DNA of 64,000 nt from Candidatus Bilamarchaeum dharawalense (lineage in GTDB: Archaea > Micrarchaeota > Micrarchaeia > Anstonellales > Bilamarchaeaceae): positions 25,680 to 89,679 of the forward strand of contig CABMJJ010000009.1 of the NCBI GenBank assembly GCA_902386555.1, given 5' to 3'. Below are positions 36,369 through 45,116 of this stretch, one piece after another. The position numbers and the translations under genes are program-made. The stretch's first letter is position 1. Every line of letters begins with the position of its first letter. Below the pieces are notes generated by a model. It was not told the DNA's origin, made no database searches, and saw only the letters and a list, made by a program, of their open reading frames with translations.

Positions 36369-37574
36369 TTAAGAAAAAAGGGCTTTGAAGAAAAATAAGG
36401 GGTCAACTAGTTTAGCATGGTCATGGGGATTCAACAGGGCATCTGAAATGACACCCTTGACATAGTTGCTCTTTGCTGCCCGGCCAATAACCAGATTTAG
36501 CAAAAATGGATTGTTGGATAATTTTTGCATTCGGTAATTGGAATTTATTTCACCGCCAATTAGGTCGAACAGTTGGTTTTGATATTGGGAAAGTTTTTTC
36601 TCAGAAAAATCATTTTCTACAAAGGCTTCGTTGATTACTTTTGCTGCAATCTTTCCACTGATGAGCGCATTTCCCACCCCTTCTCCTGTAAACGGGTCTA
36701 TGAGGGAAGCAGCATCGCCAACAAGAACATAACCATCGCCAGCTATTTTTGTTCGTTTGGTTGCATAGGGCAACAGCCAGCTTTTTACTTCGGTTGTCCG
36801 TTTTGCTTTTGCAAACCGGGGTTTGAAAGTAGGATTGTTTTCGATTATATCAAACATGATTTTTTGTAGGTTAACCTTATTCTTTTTGATATCTCTAACC
36901 ATCATGCCCAAACCAACATTTGCTTTTTTGCCAGGCAATGGAAATATCCAGAAATAACCTGGAATGGCTTCTTTTACGAAATGAAGTTCGATCTTATCTT
37001 CCATTCCTTCAACGCCTTCATAGTAACATCTTACACCAGAGCATTGGTGGGCCGGATCATCATTTACTGACCCCAGTTTTCTTGCGGTTATTCCGGCTGC
37101 GCCATCAGCACCCACAACAACTTTTGCTTTGAATTCTACTTGTTTTCCTTCATGGGTTCCTTTGACCCCGACTACTCTCTGACCATCAAAAATAAGATCT
37201 TGTGCAATAAAACCTTCGAGGGTTTTAGCTGAGACAGACTTTGCATGATTAAAAACAACATTGTCAAAAACTTCTCTTCTGCAGACAAATCCAGGGGATG
37301 TTTTTGCCTTGGCAGCTACGGGAACAACAATACCGTTGGGTGATGAAAAGGTAACGCCAAACATGTCTTCATGTTCCACTTTTTTGAACTGGTCTAAAAT
37401 ACCCAATTCCCTAAGCACAGAAACAGAACGGCCGCTAATTCCATCGCCACATGTTTTTTCTCGTGGAAATTTGGCGCGGTCAAGCAGAAGAACTTTTCGG
37501 CCTGTTTTAGATAGGAAAGAAGCACAACTGGACCCTGATGGTCCACCACCTAGCACTATAACATCAAATTCCAT
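36369..37574 (-). CDS. Geranylgeranyl reductase family flavoprotein
   Basis: DVIVLGGGPSGSSCA, KTCGDGIS and LVGDAASLIDPFTGEG. The start was trimmed to the ATG at 37574. Confidence 0.75.
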   Translation of the reverse strand: MEFDVIVLGGGPSGSSCASFLSKTGRKVLLLDRAKFPREKTCGDGISGRSVSVLRELGILDQFKKVEHEDMFGVTFSSPNGIVVPVAAKAKTSPGFVCRREVFDNVVFNHAKSVSAKTLEGFIAQDLIFDGQRVVGVKGTHEGKQVEFKAKVVVGADGAAGITARKLGSVNDDPAHQCSGVRCYYEGVEGMEDKIELHFVKEAIPGYFWIFPLPGKKANVGLGMMVRDIKKNKVNLQKIMFDIIENNPTFKPRFAKAKRTTEVKSWLLPYATKRTKIAGDGYVLVGDAASLIDPFTGEGVGNALISGKIAAKVINEAFVENDFSEKKLSQYQNQLFDLIGGEINSNYRMQKLSNNPFLLNLVIGRAAKSNYVKGVISDALLNPHDHAKLVDPLFFFKALFS

Positions 37575-37623
37575 AGCACCACATAAACGTCGGTTAATAA
37601 ATTTATTAGAGCTATTATGAGAC

Positions 37624-38112
37624 ATGCTTATAATCATTTGCGGTCTGCCAGGGAGTGGTAAGACAACCGCTGCCAAGATGATTTCAAAACATTACTCCGC
37701 AGTGCATCTAAGCAGTGATATTATCAGGAAACAGAATCTCCAAAAACCACAGTATAGTGATGAGGAAAAGGAGAAGGTCTACACTGAAATGGCTGAGCAG
37801 GTGGAAAAAAACCTGAAGAATGGAAAAAACGTGGTTGCCGATGCAACTTTCTACAAAGCAAAACAACGAGATCGATTCCTTGCTCTGGCTGAGAAAGCTG
37901 GGACCAAAGGATTTGTTGTAATTTGCAGCCTGCCAGAATCTGAGATAAGGAAAAGAATTGGAAAACGTGAAAAAGGACCAAGTGATGCTGACTTTGAAGT
38001 ATATCTCAAATTAAAAAAAGAATTTGAACCGATAGCAGGAAGGTACTTGGAGATAAATGTATGGGGCAAACATAATATTCTGGAAAAAATTAGTGAGTTT
38101 ATAGGTGAATAG
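37624..38112 (+). CDS. P-loop kinase (AAA_33-like ATP-binding protein)
   Basis: MLIIICGLPGSGKTT (Walker A), 162 aa. Confidence 0.55.
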   Translation: MLIIICGLPGSGKTTAAKMISKHYSAVHLSSDIIRKQNLQKPQYSDEEKEKVYTEMAEQVEKNLKNGKNVVADATFYKAKQRDRFLALAEKAGTKGFVVICSLPESEIRKRIGKREKGPSDADFEVYLKLKKEFEPIAGRYLEINVWGKHNILEKISEFIGE

Positions 38113-39073
38113 CTTGGATGATAAAACAATCAAAGAATTAATGAAAAATGGACCGATGGAGATTATTGAAACACATATCTCCTGGATTTTATTGGGCAAT
38201 GAGGTTTACAAGATAAAAAAACCAGTTAAATTTTCATTTCTAGATTTTACAACCTTGGAAAAGAGAAAATTTTTTTGTGAAGAAGAAGTCCGTCTTAATC
38301 AAAGAATGACTCCTGATGTTTATCTGGGTGTATCTACCATAACCAAAAACAATGATGGAATGGGATTTGATGGAAGCGGAAAAATAATTGAGTACGCAGT
38401 AAAAATGAAAAGATTGGATCAGACCAAAAAAATGGATAGAATGCTTATCAACGGGGAAGTTAGTCCAGACAAGGTAACGGAAATAGCAGGCATAATTGCA
38501 AATTTTCATGAAAAAGCAGAAGTGGTCCAGGAACAGTATGGCTCGCCAAAGCTGATAGGAAATCAGATAGCTGATTTGAATAATTTCAGAGAAGCAGTGG
38601 AGGATGGCTGTGGGCTTGGAAGAGAAATGGATTTTGTTCTTGGTAAGTCAGCAGAATTCATTGAGAAAAATAAAGAAACCATAGAAAAACGAAAAAAAGA
38701 GGGCAAAGTAAAGGATTGCCACGGAGACCTGCACTCTGGAAACATTTTCTTTGATCAGGGGATAAAAATCGTGGATTGTATTGAATTTAGCAAAGACTTC
38801 AGGTGTATTGATGTTGCCAGCGACATTGCATTTTTGGCAATGGATCTGGATGCCTTCGGTAAACAGGAATTGAGCAACCTTTTTGTTAGGACATACATCG
38901 AGAAGACAGGGGATAACGGAGCCGAAAAATTATTGAATTTGTTTAAATGTTATCGGGCCAATGTACGCGCAAAAATTGCAGCCATAGAATGGATGCAGAA
39001 TAAAAGCGCAGATAGCGAACAGAGAATGGCAAAGTACATAAAATTAGCTGAGAAATATGCAACTGAATTGTGA
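38105..39073 (+). CDS. Aminoglycoside-phosphotransferase-fold (APH/ePK-like) kinase
   Basis: ETHISWILLG..VYKIKKPVKFSFLDF and HGDLHSGNIFF (catalytic loop). GTG start overlaps the upstream gene by 8 nt. Confidence 0.6.
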   Translation: MNSLDDKTIKELMKNGPMEIIETHISWILLGNEVYKIKKPVKFSFLDFTTLEKRKFFCEEEVRLNQRMTPDVYLGVSTITKNNDGMGFDGSGKIIEYAVKMKRLDQTKKMDRMLINGEVSPDKVTEIAGIIANFHEKAEVVQEQYGSPKLIGNQIADLNNFREAVEDGCGLGREMDFVLGKSAEFIEKNKETIEKRKKEGKVKDCHGDLHSGNIFFDQGIKIVDCIEFSKDFRCIDVASDIAFLAMDLDAFGKQELSNLFVRTYIEKTGDNGAEKLLNLFKCYRANVRAKIAAIEWMQNKSADSEQRMAKYIKLAEKYATEL

Positions 39074-39082
39074 GGGAAATCA

Positions 39083-39982
39083 ATGGGTGACGATGGCGGA
39101 TTGGAAAGAGCATTCTTGGTCAGCCTGATTGTTCTTATAGTTCAACTTTTCGGCTGGTACTATTCCAACAGCCTCGCGCTTCTAGGTGACAGTGCGCATG
39201 TTTTTTCAGATATTATAGCAATAGGATCTTCACTTCTGGCAATGAGACTTGCATTGAAACTGCCATCTGCAAGAAGAACATTTGGGTTTCATCGAACGGA
39301 AGTTTTTGCAGCATTTTTCAACGGGATTTTACTTGTTGTGATGTCACTGGTGATCGCCTATGAGGCATTTATGCGCGTGGGCGGAGGATATAGTATAAAT
39401 GGTTTGCCCATGCTTTTCACCTCTCTCTTTGGTTTGGCTGGTAACATTTATGTTGTCTATCATCTTCAACATGAAGAAAACTTAAATGTTCGAAGTGCAT
39501 TTCTGCATGCAGCAGGCGACGCACTTTCTTCGATCGGGGTCCTGGTTGGAGCAATTTTGATAATGATTACTGGCCAGTACCTTATCGATATCGCAGTCAG
39601 TGTTATTGTTTCCAGTCTGATTCTAATCAGTGCCTATACCATATTGAGAAGTTCACTATCAATCTTACTTGAATCTGCACCCTATGGGGCATCCATTGAT
39701 GCGATAGAAAAAGCAGTCCATATTCTACCGGAAGTAAAAAATGTGCATGATATCCATGTTTGGAGAACCAGTTCAGAGTTCACTTTCGCAATGATGCACG
39801 TAGAAGTGGAAGAAATGGATCTGATAAAATTAAGAAAAATCCAGATGAAGATTGAGGAAATCCTTAATCAAAGATTTAGGATAATACATGCGACAATACA
39901 ATTCGAACCGGTTGGTTGCTCCTGTCAAAGTCAAAAGATGTGTCACATATGGGAGCATAAAAAAATCAAACATCAGCATTGA
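39083..39982 (+). CDS. czcD: Cation diffusion facilitator (Zn/Co/Cd efflux) transporter
   Basis: SLALLGDSAHVFSDI, FLHAAGDALSSIGV, and a Cys/His-rich C-terminus. Confidence 0.85.
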   Translation: MGDDGGLERAFLVSLIVLIVQLFGWYYSNSLALLGDSAHVFSDIIAIGSSLLAMRLALKLPSARRTFGFHRTEVFAAFFNGILLVVMSLVIAYEAFMRVGGGYSINGLPMLFTSLFGLAGNIYVVYHLQHEENLNVRSAFLHAAGDALSSIGVLVGAILIMITGQYLIDIAVSVIVSSLILISAYTILRSSLSILLESAPYGASIDAIEKAVHILPEVKNVHDIHVWRTSSEFTFAMMHVEVEEMDLIKLRKIQMKIEEILNQRFRIIHATIQFEPVGCSCQSQKMCHIWEHKKIKHQH

Positions 39983-39990
39983 GCTACCAT

Positions 39991-40025
39991 CTTTTGAATT
40001 AATTTGAAGTTCAACGCTTCAAAAG
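39991..40025. terminator. Inverted repeat between convergent CDF and lrp genes
   Basis: CTTTTGAA (39991-39998) pairs with TTCAAAAG (40018-40025). A competing inner stem is TTGAAG/CTTCAA. Confidence 0.4.
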
Positions 40026-40026
40026 A

Positions 40027-40434
40027 TTACCATCTTTTGAAACTAATAAACGTCTTGGTGTCTTGGACATCGTTCAGCTTTCTTATTTCGTCTATTTTTC
40101 CATCTATTTCTTCCAAGCTCATGCCTTCAAGAATAACACAGCCATCGTAATCCCCGGAAATTTCATAGGCATCCTTGGCCAGTTTGGATTCGGAAATTTC
40201 AGTCATCATCTTTTTTACATCGTGTTTGGCTTTTAGCATTACAATACCAAAATAGGTTCCGCCGCTTGTTTCGATGGTAAATCTCTTGATGGAATTATTT
40301 TTGATAAGATGATCGATTCTATTTCTTACGGCACCTTCAGTTAGATCAACTGCCCTGGCAATTTCAACATTGCTGGCACGAGAATTAGATGTTAGCATGC
40401 TCAAAATTTTTTCATCTTTTTCATCACGCTTCAT
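40027..40434 (-). CDS. lrp: Lrp/AsnC-family transcriptional regulator
   Basis: 135 aa. N-terminal HTH (DEKILSMLTSNSRASNVEIARAVDLTEGAVRNRI) and a C-terminal RAM/AsnC_trans_reg domain. Confidence 0.85.
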   Translation of the reverse strand: MKRDEKDEKILSMLTSNSRASNVEIARAVDLTEGAVRNRIDHLIKNNSIKRFTIETSGGTYFGIVMLKAKHDVKKMMTEISESKLAKDAYEISGDYDGCVILEGMSLEEIDGKIDEIRKLNDVQDTKTFISFKRW

Positions 40435-40466
40435 GATATTTTTACGCAGTCAAATAATATAAGCAT

Positions 40467-40527
40467 TACGATTTTCGTATTTTACGTTTATCAGCATAAA
40501 TATCCGTATCTATTACGTTAATCGTAA
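40467..40527. promoter_or_regulatory. Palindromic TACG boxes in the lrp / ligase divergent control region (candidate Lrp operators)
   Basis: TACGA-TTT-TCGTA (40467-40479) and TTACG-TTAAT-CGTAA (40513-40527). Further TACG half-sites lie at about 40443, 40483, 40534 and 40574. Confidence 0.4.
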
Positions 40528-40537
40528 GCAAACTACG

Positions 40538-40568
40538 ATATATTTATAAACACTATTGTAAACAATAG
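40538..40568 (+). promoter_or_regulatory. Promoter module ATATATTTATAAACACT-N7-ACAATAG (copy 1)
   Basis: The TATA box TTTATAAA is at 40543-40550. The 17-mer and the downstream 7-mer recur with identical spacing at 58540-58570. Here ACAATAG is half of the palindrome CTATTGT-AA-ACAATAG (40553-40568). Confidence 0.55.
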
Positions 40569-40620
40569 GATAGTACGTAATGGCCCAGACAAAGGGCCAA
40601 TGAAATAGAAGGTTAGAAAA

Positions 40621-41823
40621 ATGAGAAGAGAACTGCAACAATCTGTGATACAACGAAATACAAGAGTAAGTCTAGAGCGAGAGCTTGCACTCTTTAAACC
40701 AGACAGCAGACCATTGAACAGAACAGAAAGTGCAGAATTTATGGCAACTCTTCAAACAAGACTTGGAAGCCAAGTTGAAAGAAAAACAGAAGTGGTTGAA
40801 GAAGTCGCTCCGAATGCGGTCGAGATAAAAATATGTTTGTCAACAGTAGGGGAACTTAGAGAGGATGTTAGAAGAGTTTACGCTGTTTTGGCAGAAGTGG
40901 CAAATGAATGTGGGGTTTACGTTCTTGGCTGTTCCCAACCAACTACGGACGGGATCACCCATGACACCACTCATTTTATGACGTTGGATGTTTTCAAAGC
41001 AACCATAGGACCTCTTGCGGCAACCAATTCATTACATTTACATTTCGGCGGTGCCACAGATGAAGAATTGGTGGCCATTTACAATGCAGGAAACCGCATA
41101 GCACCCATAATGCTGGCAGCTTCCCAATGTGCAGTCATTGATGGTCGGGAGAGGGGAAGGGCAAATTCAGTGAGAGATTTTTTCTCAAGTTTACCACCAG
41201 CACTGGCGGCCCCGTGGACGATTTCAAATAGAGAAGATTTCGAAAACGGGGTACGTAGTGCAATAAAAGCTGTTGAAATGCAGATAGGAGCATTTTCACC
41301 GGAATATTTGGCAGTGCTTGCATCAAGATATCCTGATTTCATAGGTGCAGATGGACGCATGAAAAAGTTATCTCCAGATAAAATATTCCATCCGACAAGA
41401 TTAAGATTTGACAAAGTTTTACCTGAGTTGGGACTTGTGGGAAGTGCAGAATTCAGACCAATCGATGCTCAGCCAACTCTTTCACGAGATCTTGCAATTT
41501 TGGAATTGGCAATTGGCCTTTTGATACATGAAACTGCCTACAACCCAGCACCGTTGAGCCGAGAGGAGATAGGGCAGATAATGCATAGTATGGCTAATGT
41601 GGCAGACTTTGGGATGGGTGCCATAATGTGGAATGGACTTTCCAATGAATATGTTGCAAAAGTACGCGCTATGGAAGCGTTAATGGGAATAGGACTAACA
41701 CCACAATCACTTCATACTTTCGGAATAGATGGGGGAGCATCGGAGCTAGCCATCATGTCTTCACTGAGTCCAGCAGATATTATAAGGATCAACCATGCTA
41801 GATTTATGAAAAGTGTTGAGTGA
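40621..41823 (+). CDS. Carboxylate-amine ligase (glutamate-cysteine ligase family 2, YbdK-like), divergent
   Basis: 400 aa. The pattern VSLERELALF...AVEIKI...SLHLHFGG...SAEFRPIDAQPTLS parallels YbdK GIELEMQVV...MLELAT...GQHVHVG...TVEVRVMDTPLTLS. Confidence 0.55.
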   Translation: MRRELQQSVIQRNTRVSLERELALFKPDSRPLNRTESAEFMATLQTRLGSQVERKTEVVEEVAPNAVEIKICLSTVGELREDVRRVYAVLAEVANECGVYVLGCSQPTTDGITHDTTHFMTLDVFKATIGPLAATNSLHLHFGGATDEELVAIYNAGNRIAPIMLAASQCAVIDGRERGRANSVRDFFSSLPPALAAPWTISNREDFENGVRSAIKAVEMQIGAFSPEYLAVLASRYPDFIGADGRMKKLSPDKIFHPTRLRFDKVLPELGLVGSAEFRPIDAQPTLSRDLAILELAIGLLIHETAYNPAPLSREEIGQIMHSMANVADFGMGAIMWNGLSNEYVAKVRAMEALMGIGLTPQSLHTFGIDGGASELAIMSSLSPADIIRINHARFMKSVE

Positions 41824-41827
41824 TTGC

Positions 41828-42958
41828 ATGGACGCTATTGCGCTTCTGAAAGATCTTGTTTCAATAGATTCGATATTTCCCAATGAACAAAACATCGCGA
41901 AGTATGTAGAGCGCAAGCTGACTGAGTTGGATTTTAAAGTTAAGAAAATTGCGATTACCCAGGGAAGGTACAACATAGTAGGGGAAAGAGGAAGCGAGGG
42001 TAGACCTATTCTTTTCTATGGCCATCTAGATACAGTTCCAGCCTATGGGAAATGGGAAAGTAATCCTCATTCTCTTGTGGAAAATGGAGATAGATTGATT
42101 GGACTAGGTGCTTTTGATATGAAATCAGGAGTTGCTGCCATATTGAAAGCTTGTGAAACGAAAACAAACAGAACAATCAAAGTGGTTTTTGCAGTTGATG
42201 AGGAAAATATTTCAGAAGGAGCGCATGCTATTGTTAAAAGCGGGTTTTTGAAAGACGTTGATGTTGGAATATCAACTGAAAGCCCTGATCCTTTGGGTCC
42301 TAAATTTGGACCTCAGGTAGTCTCACTTGGAAGGAGAGGAAGATGTGTAATTGAAATAGGCGTTCCTGGACTATCAGCCCATGGTGCCAATCCGGAACTG
42401 GGAAAAAGTGCAATAAGTGACGCTGCACGGTTAGTGATTGAGTTGGAAAAACTTAATTTGCAGGAAAATCTACTTTTGCCAAAACCAACGCATTTTATTA
42501 GAAAAATAGTTGGGGAAAGTACCTCTTTGTCAATACCAGATAGAGTAGTGATTGAGTTGGATGTACATATGGTGCCTCCAGATACACCACAGACTGTGCT
42601 TGAAGCAGTAAACCAGATCATAGAAAAATGCTATTCAGATAAGAAGATTAGTTCACCGAATGGAGTAAAAATAACTGCGCGCTTGAAACAGAGGAAAACA
42701 CCATATGGTACACCATATGTAACAGACAAAGATAATACACATGTGAAAAGAATAAGCGAGATAATCCAGGGAAAATATGGTAAAGTGCATTACAATTATG
42801 GAATGTCAGTTGCAGATGAAAATATTTTTGCAGCTGCCGGTGTACCAATGATAGTTGTAGGCCCATCCGGTGCAAATGAACATTCTGCAAATGAATGGGT
42901 CTCCAAGAAAAGCTATCTTGAACTCATTGAAGTTTTGAAAGCATTTATTGAATCCTAA
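41828..42958 (+). CDS. M20-family metallopeptidase/deacylase (ArgE/DapE/CPG2-like)
   Basis: ILFYGHLDTVP, GAFDMKSG and VDEENISEGA. The ATG at 41828 is 4 nt after the upstream stop. The track uses a GTG at 41813. Confidence 0.75.
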   Translation: MDAIALLKDLVSIDSIFPNEQNIAKYVERKLTELDFKVKKIAITQGRYNIVGERGSEGRPILFYGHLDTVPAYGKWESNPHSLVENGDRLIGLGAFDMKSGVAAILKACETKTNRTIKVVFAVDEENISEGAHAIVKSGFLKDVDVGISTESPDPLGPKFGPQVVSLGRRGRCVIEIGVPGLSAHGANPELGKSAISDAARLVIELEKLNLQENLLLPKPTHFIRKIVGESTSLSIPDRVVIELDVHMVPPDTPQTVLEAVNQIIEKCYSDKKISSPNGVKITARLKQRKTPYGTPYVTDKDNTHVKRISEIIQGKYGKVHYNYGMSVADENIFAAAGVPMIVVGPSGANEHSANEWVSKKSYLELIEVLKAFIES

Positions 42959-43239
42959 TCCTTGCATTTTCTTTCTATGCCGGCGTTCAAGTCCCTAAAG
43001 TACATTTCTGATGAACTGCAATCTGGGCATGTGGCATCAAACATTTTTGGCATGGAACCGCAGGTACTGCATTTGTTTTGAAGTTTGTTTTTCTTGAACC
43101 TACCGATAAAAATTTCCTTGCATTTTTTACAAACAACAGGAAGCTCACCATCACCGCTGGACATGTCAAAGCCATGCATCCCCAATGGTCCGTGTTTTTT
43201 TCCGCAAGATTTACAATAATATTCTACAACTTCAGTCAT
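42955..43239 (-). CDS. Double zinc-ribbon protein, paralog of the 11152..11517 product
   Basis: 94 aa with CKSC, CKKC, CSTC and CPDC. The N-terminus MTEVVEYYCKSCGKK resembles MTDYYCKKCKGK. AGAGGGG SD upstream. Confidence 0.5.
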   Translation of the reverse strand: MTEVVEYYCKSCGKKHGPLGMHGFDMSSGDGELPVVCKKCKEIFIGRFKKNKLQNKCSTCGSMPKMFDATCPDCSSSEMYFRDLNAGIERKCKD

Positions 43240-43378
43240 TTCAACCCCTCTGGGAAATAATTTGCAATATGATCATGGAAAATAGGATGTCTCATAGGTT
43301 GAGACCATATCCCCGAATCTAGTTCTTAATTCTATAAGAAAATCCCGAGATTCACTTTGTTTACACGACTGTAGGATG

Positions 43379-44929
43379 CTAATGTCTGAAATGTCTGATT
43401 CCAGTAAATACCATTGCCATTCCATGTTCATCAGCAGCTTTGATAACTTCCTGGTCTCTGATGGAACCACCAGGCTGAATGATTGCCGTGATACCCAGTT
43501 TGGCAGCATAATCGATTCCATCCCTAAATGGGAAGAATGCATCCGAAGCCATGGCACAACCTTTCAAATCTTCACCATAGTCCTTGGCAATCATGGCTGC
43601 AAGTTTGGCTGCATCCACTCTCTTCATCTGTCCAGCTCCAATACCAACTGCACGGTGAGCTCTTGCGTAGACAATTGAATTGGATTTAACATATTTGGCA
43701 ATTTTCCAAGCATAGAATAGAGCTTTCATTTCCTCTTCTGTGGGTTTACGTTTAGAAACCACTTTAATGCCTTCAAGCATTTTAACATTGGCATCCTGAA
43801 CAAGAAGACCTCCAAGAATTGAACGATATTTACGATAGGGTACACGTTTAGTGTTGATACTGGGAACTTCCATAACACGCATGTTCTTCTTTACACGTAA
43901 AACTTCCAGGGCACTTGGTTCAAATTTTGGTGCCAGAACGATATCGACAAATCGGCTTATGATCTCTTTCGCAAGTTGACTGGTTACTGGACGATTTAGT
44001 ACGACAACACCACCAAAAGATGCTTCAGGATCAACTGCCTTTGCCATTTTGAATGCTTTCAGAATATCCGGATCAGAGGCCACACCACAGGGATTATTAT
44101 GTTTTACAATAACCCCGGTTGGTTCGTCAAATTCACGGATGAGTTTGAATGCAGCATTACAATCCAGTACATTGTTGTAGGATAGTTCTTTGCCTTGAAT
44201 TTGCTTGGCATCAAGAACAGAGGGATTTTTGTATTGCTCATCACGATAGACAGTTGCTCTTTGATGAGGATTTTCACCATAGCGCAGATCTTGTTTTTTA
44301 TGGAAGGTGAGATTTAGAAACTCAGGGAATTCGTCGTGAAAACCAAAGGTTTTTCTGAAAAATTGTTCTATGAAAACATCATAATGTGAAACATGCTCCC
44401 AGGTATCAAGAGCTAATCTTTCAAGAGTTTTATCAGAAAGCCAACCACCACCCTTTTTCATTTCTTCAATTATTGTGGGGTAGCGGACAGGATTACAGAT
44501 TACTGCAACATGTTTATAATTTTTTGCTGCTGCTCGTAGTAGAGTGGGACCACCAATATCAATATTCTCAGTTATATCTCGAAGGGATTTTCCACCTTGA
44601 ACAGTATCTTCGAACGGGTAGAGATTTACAATAACCATATCAATAAGCTGGATATTGAATTTCTTTGCCTCGAGAAGGTGTTTTTTGTTATTCCTATCAG
44701 CCAAAATTGCACCGTGTATTTTCGGATGTAAGGTTTTTACCCTACCATCCATCATCTCAGGAGAGCCAGTAAAAGTAGATACATCAATCACTTTGATTTT
44801 TGCATCAGAAAGGGCTTTGGCAGTGCCTCCACTGGATACAATTTCAACACCAAGTTCCTGCAAAGCACGAGCAAATTCGATAAGACCATCTTTCTTATAG
44901 ACACTGATCAGTGCTCTTTTTACTTTCAT
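43379..44929 (-). CDS. purH: Bifunctional AICAR transformylase / IMP cyclohydrolase
   Basis: [36 protein letters not shown]-like ([13 protein letters not shown]), QPGGSIRD. The start was trimmed to the ATG at 44929, with a GGAGGA SD 6 nt upstream. Confidence 0.92.
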   Translation of the reverse strand: MKVKRALISVYKKDGLIEFARALQELGVEIVSSGGTAKALSDAKIKVIDVSTFTGSPEMMDGRVKTLHPKIHGAILADRNNKKHLLEAKKFNIQLIDMVIVNLYPFEDTVQGGKSLRDITENIDIGGPTLLRAAAKNYKHVAVICNPVRYPTIIEEMKKGGGWLSDKTLERLALDTWEHVSHYDVFIEQFFRKTFGFHDEFPEFLNLTFHKKQDLRYGENPHQRATVYRDEQYKNPSVLDAKQIQGKELSYNNVLDCNAAFKLIREFDEPTGVIVKHNNPCGVASDPDILKAFKMAKAVDPEASFGGVVVLNRPVTSQLAKEIISRFVDIVLAPKFEPSALEVLRVKKNMRVMEVPSINTKRVPYRKYRSILGGLLVQDANVKMLEGIKVVSKRKPTEEEMKALFYAWKIAKYVKSNSIVYARAHRAVGIGAGQMKRVDAAKLAAMIAKDYGEDLKGCAMASDAFFPFRDGIDYAAKLGITAIIQPGGSIRDQEVIKAADEHGMAMVFTGIRHFRH

Positions 44930-45116
44930 GTTCTTCCTCCAGCCTGCATAGTAAGATTCACGATAAATAAGATTCAAAACCAGTTATATAATATGCGTGA
45001 GTTTATTATAAAGGTTTTCCTCTTGGCATTTTTACGGGTAAAAATCTAATTGATAATGTGCATTTCTGTTGAAAAACATGGGGTTTAAATGGATTTGCGA
45101 GTATTAGAATCAGCTA

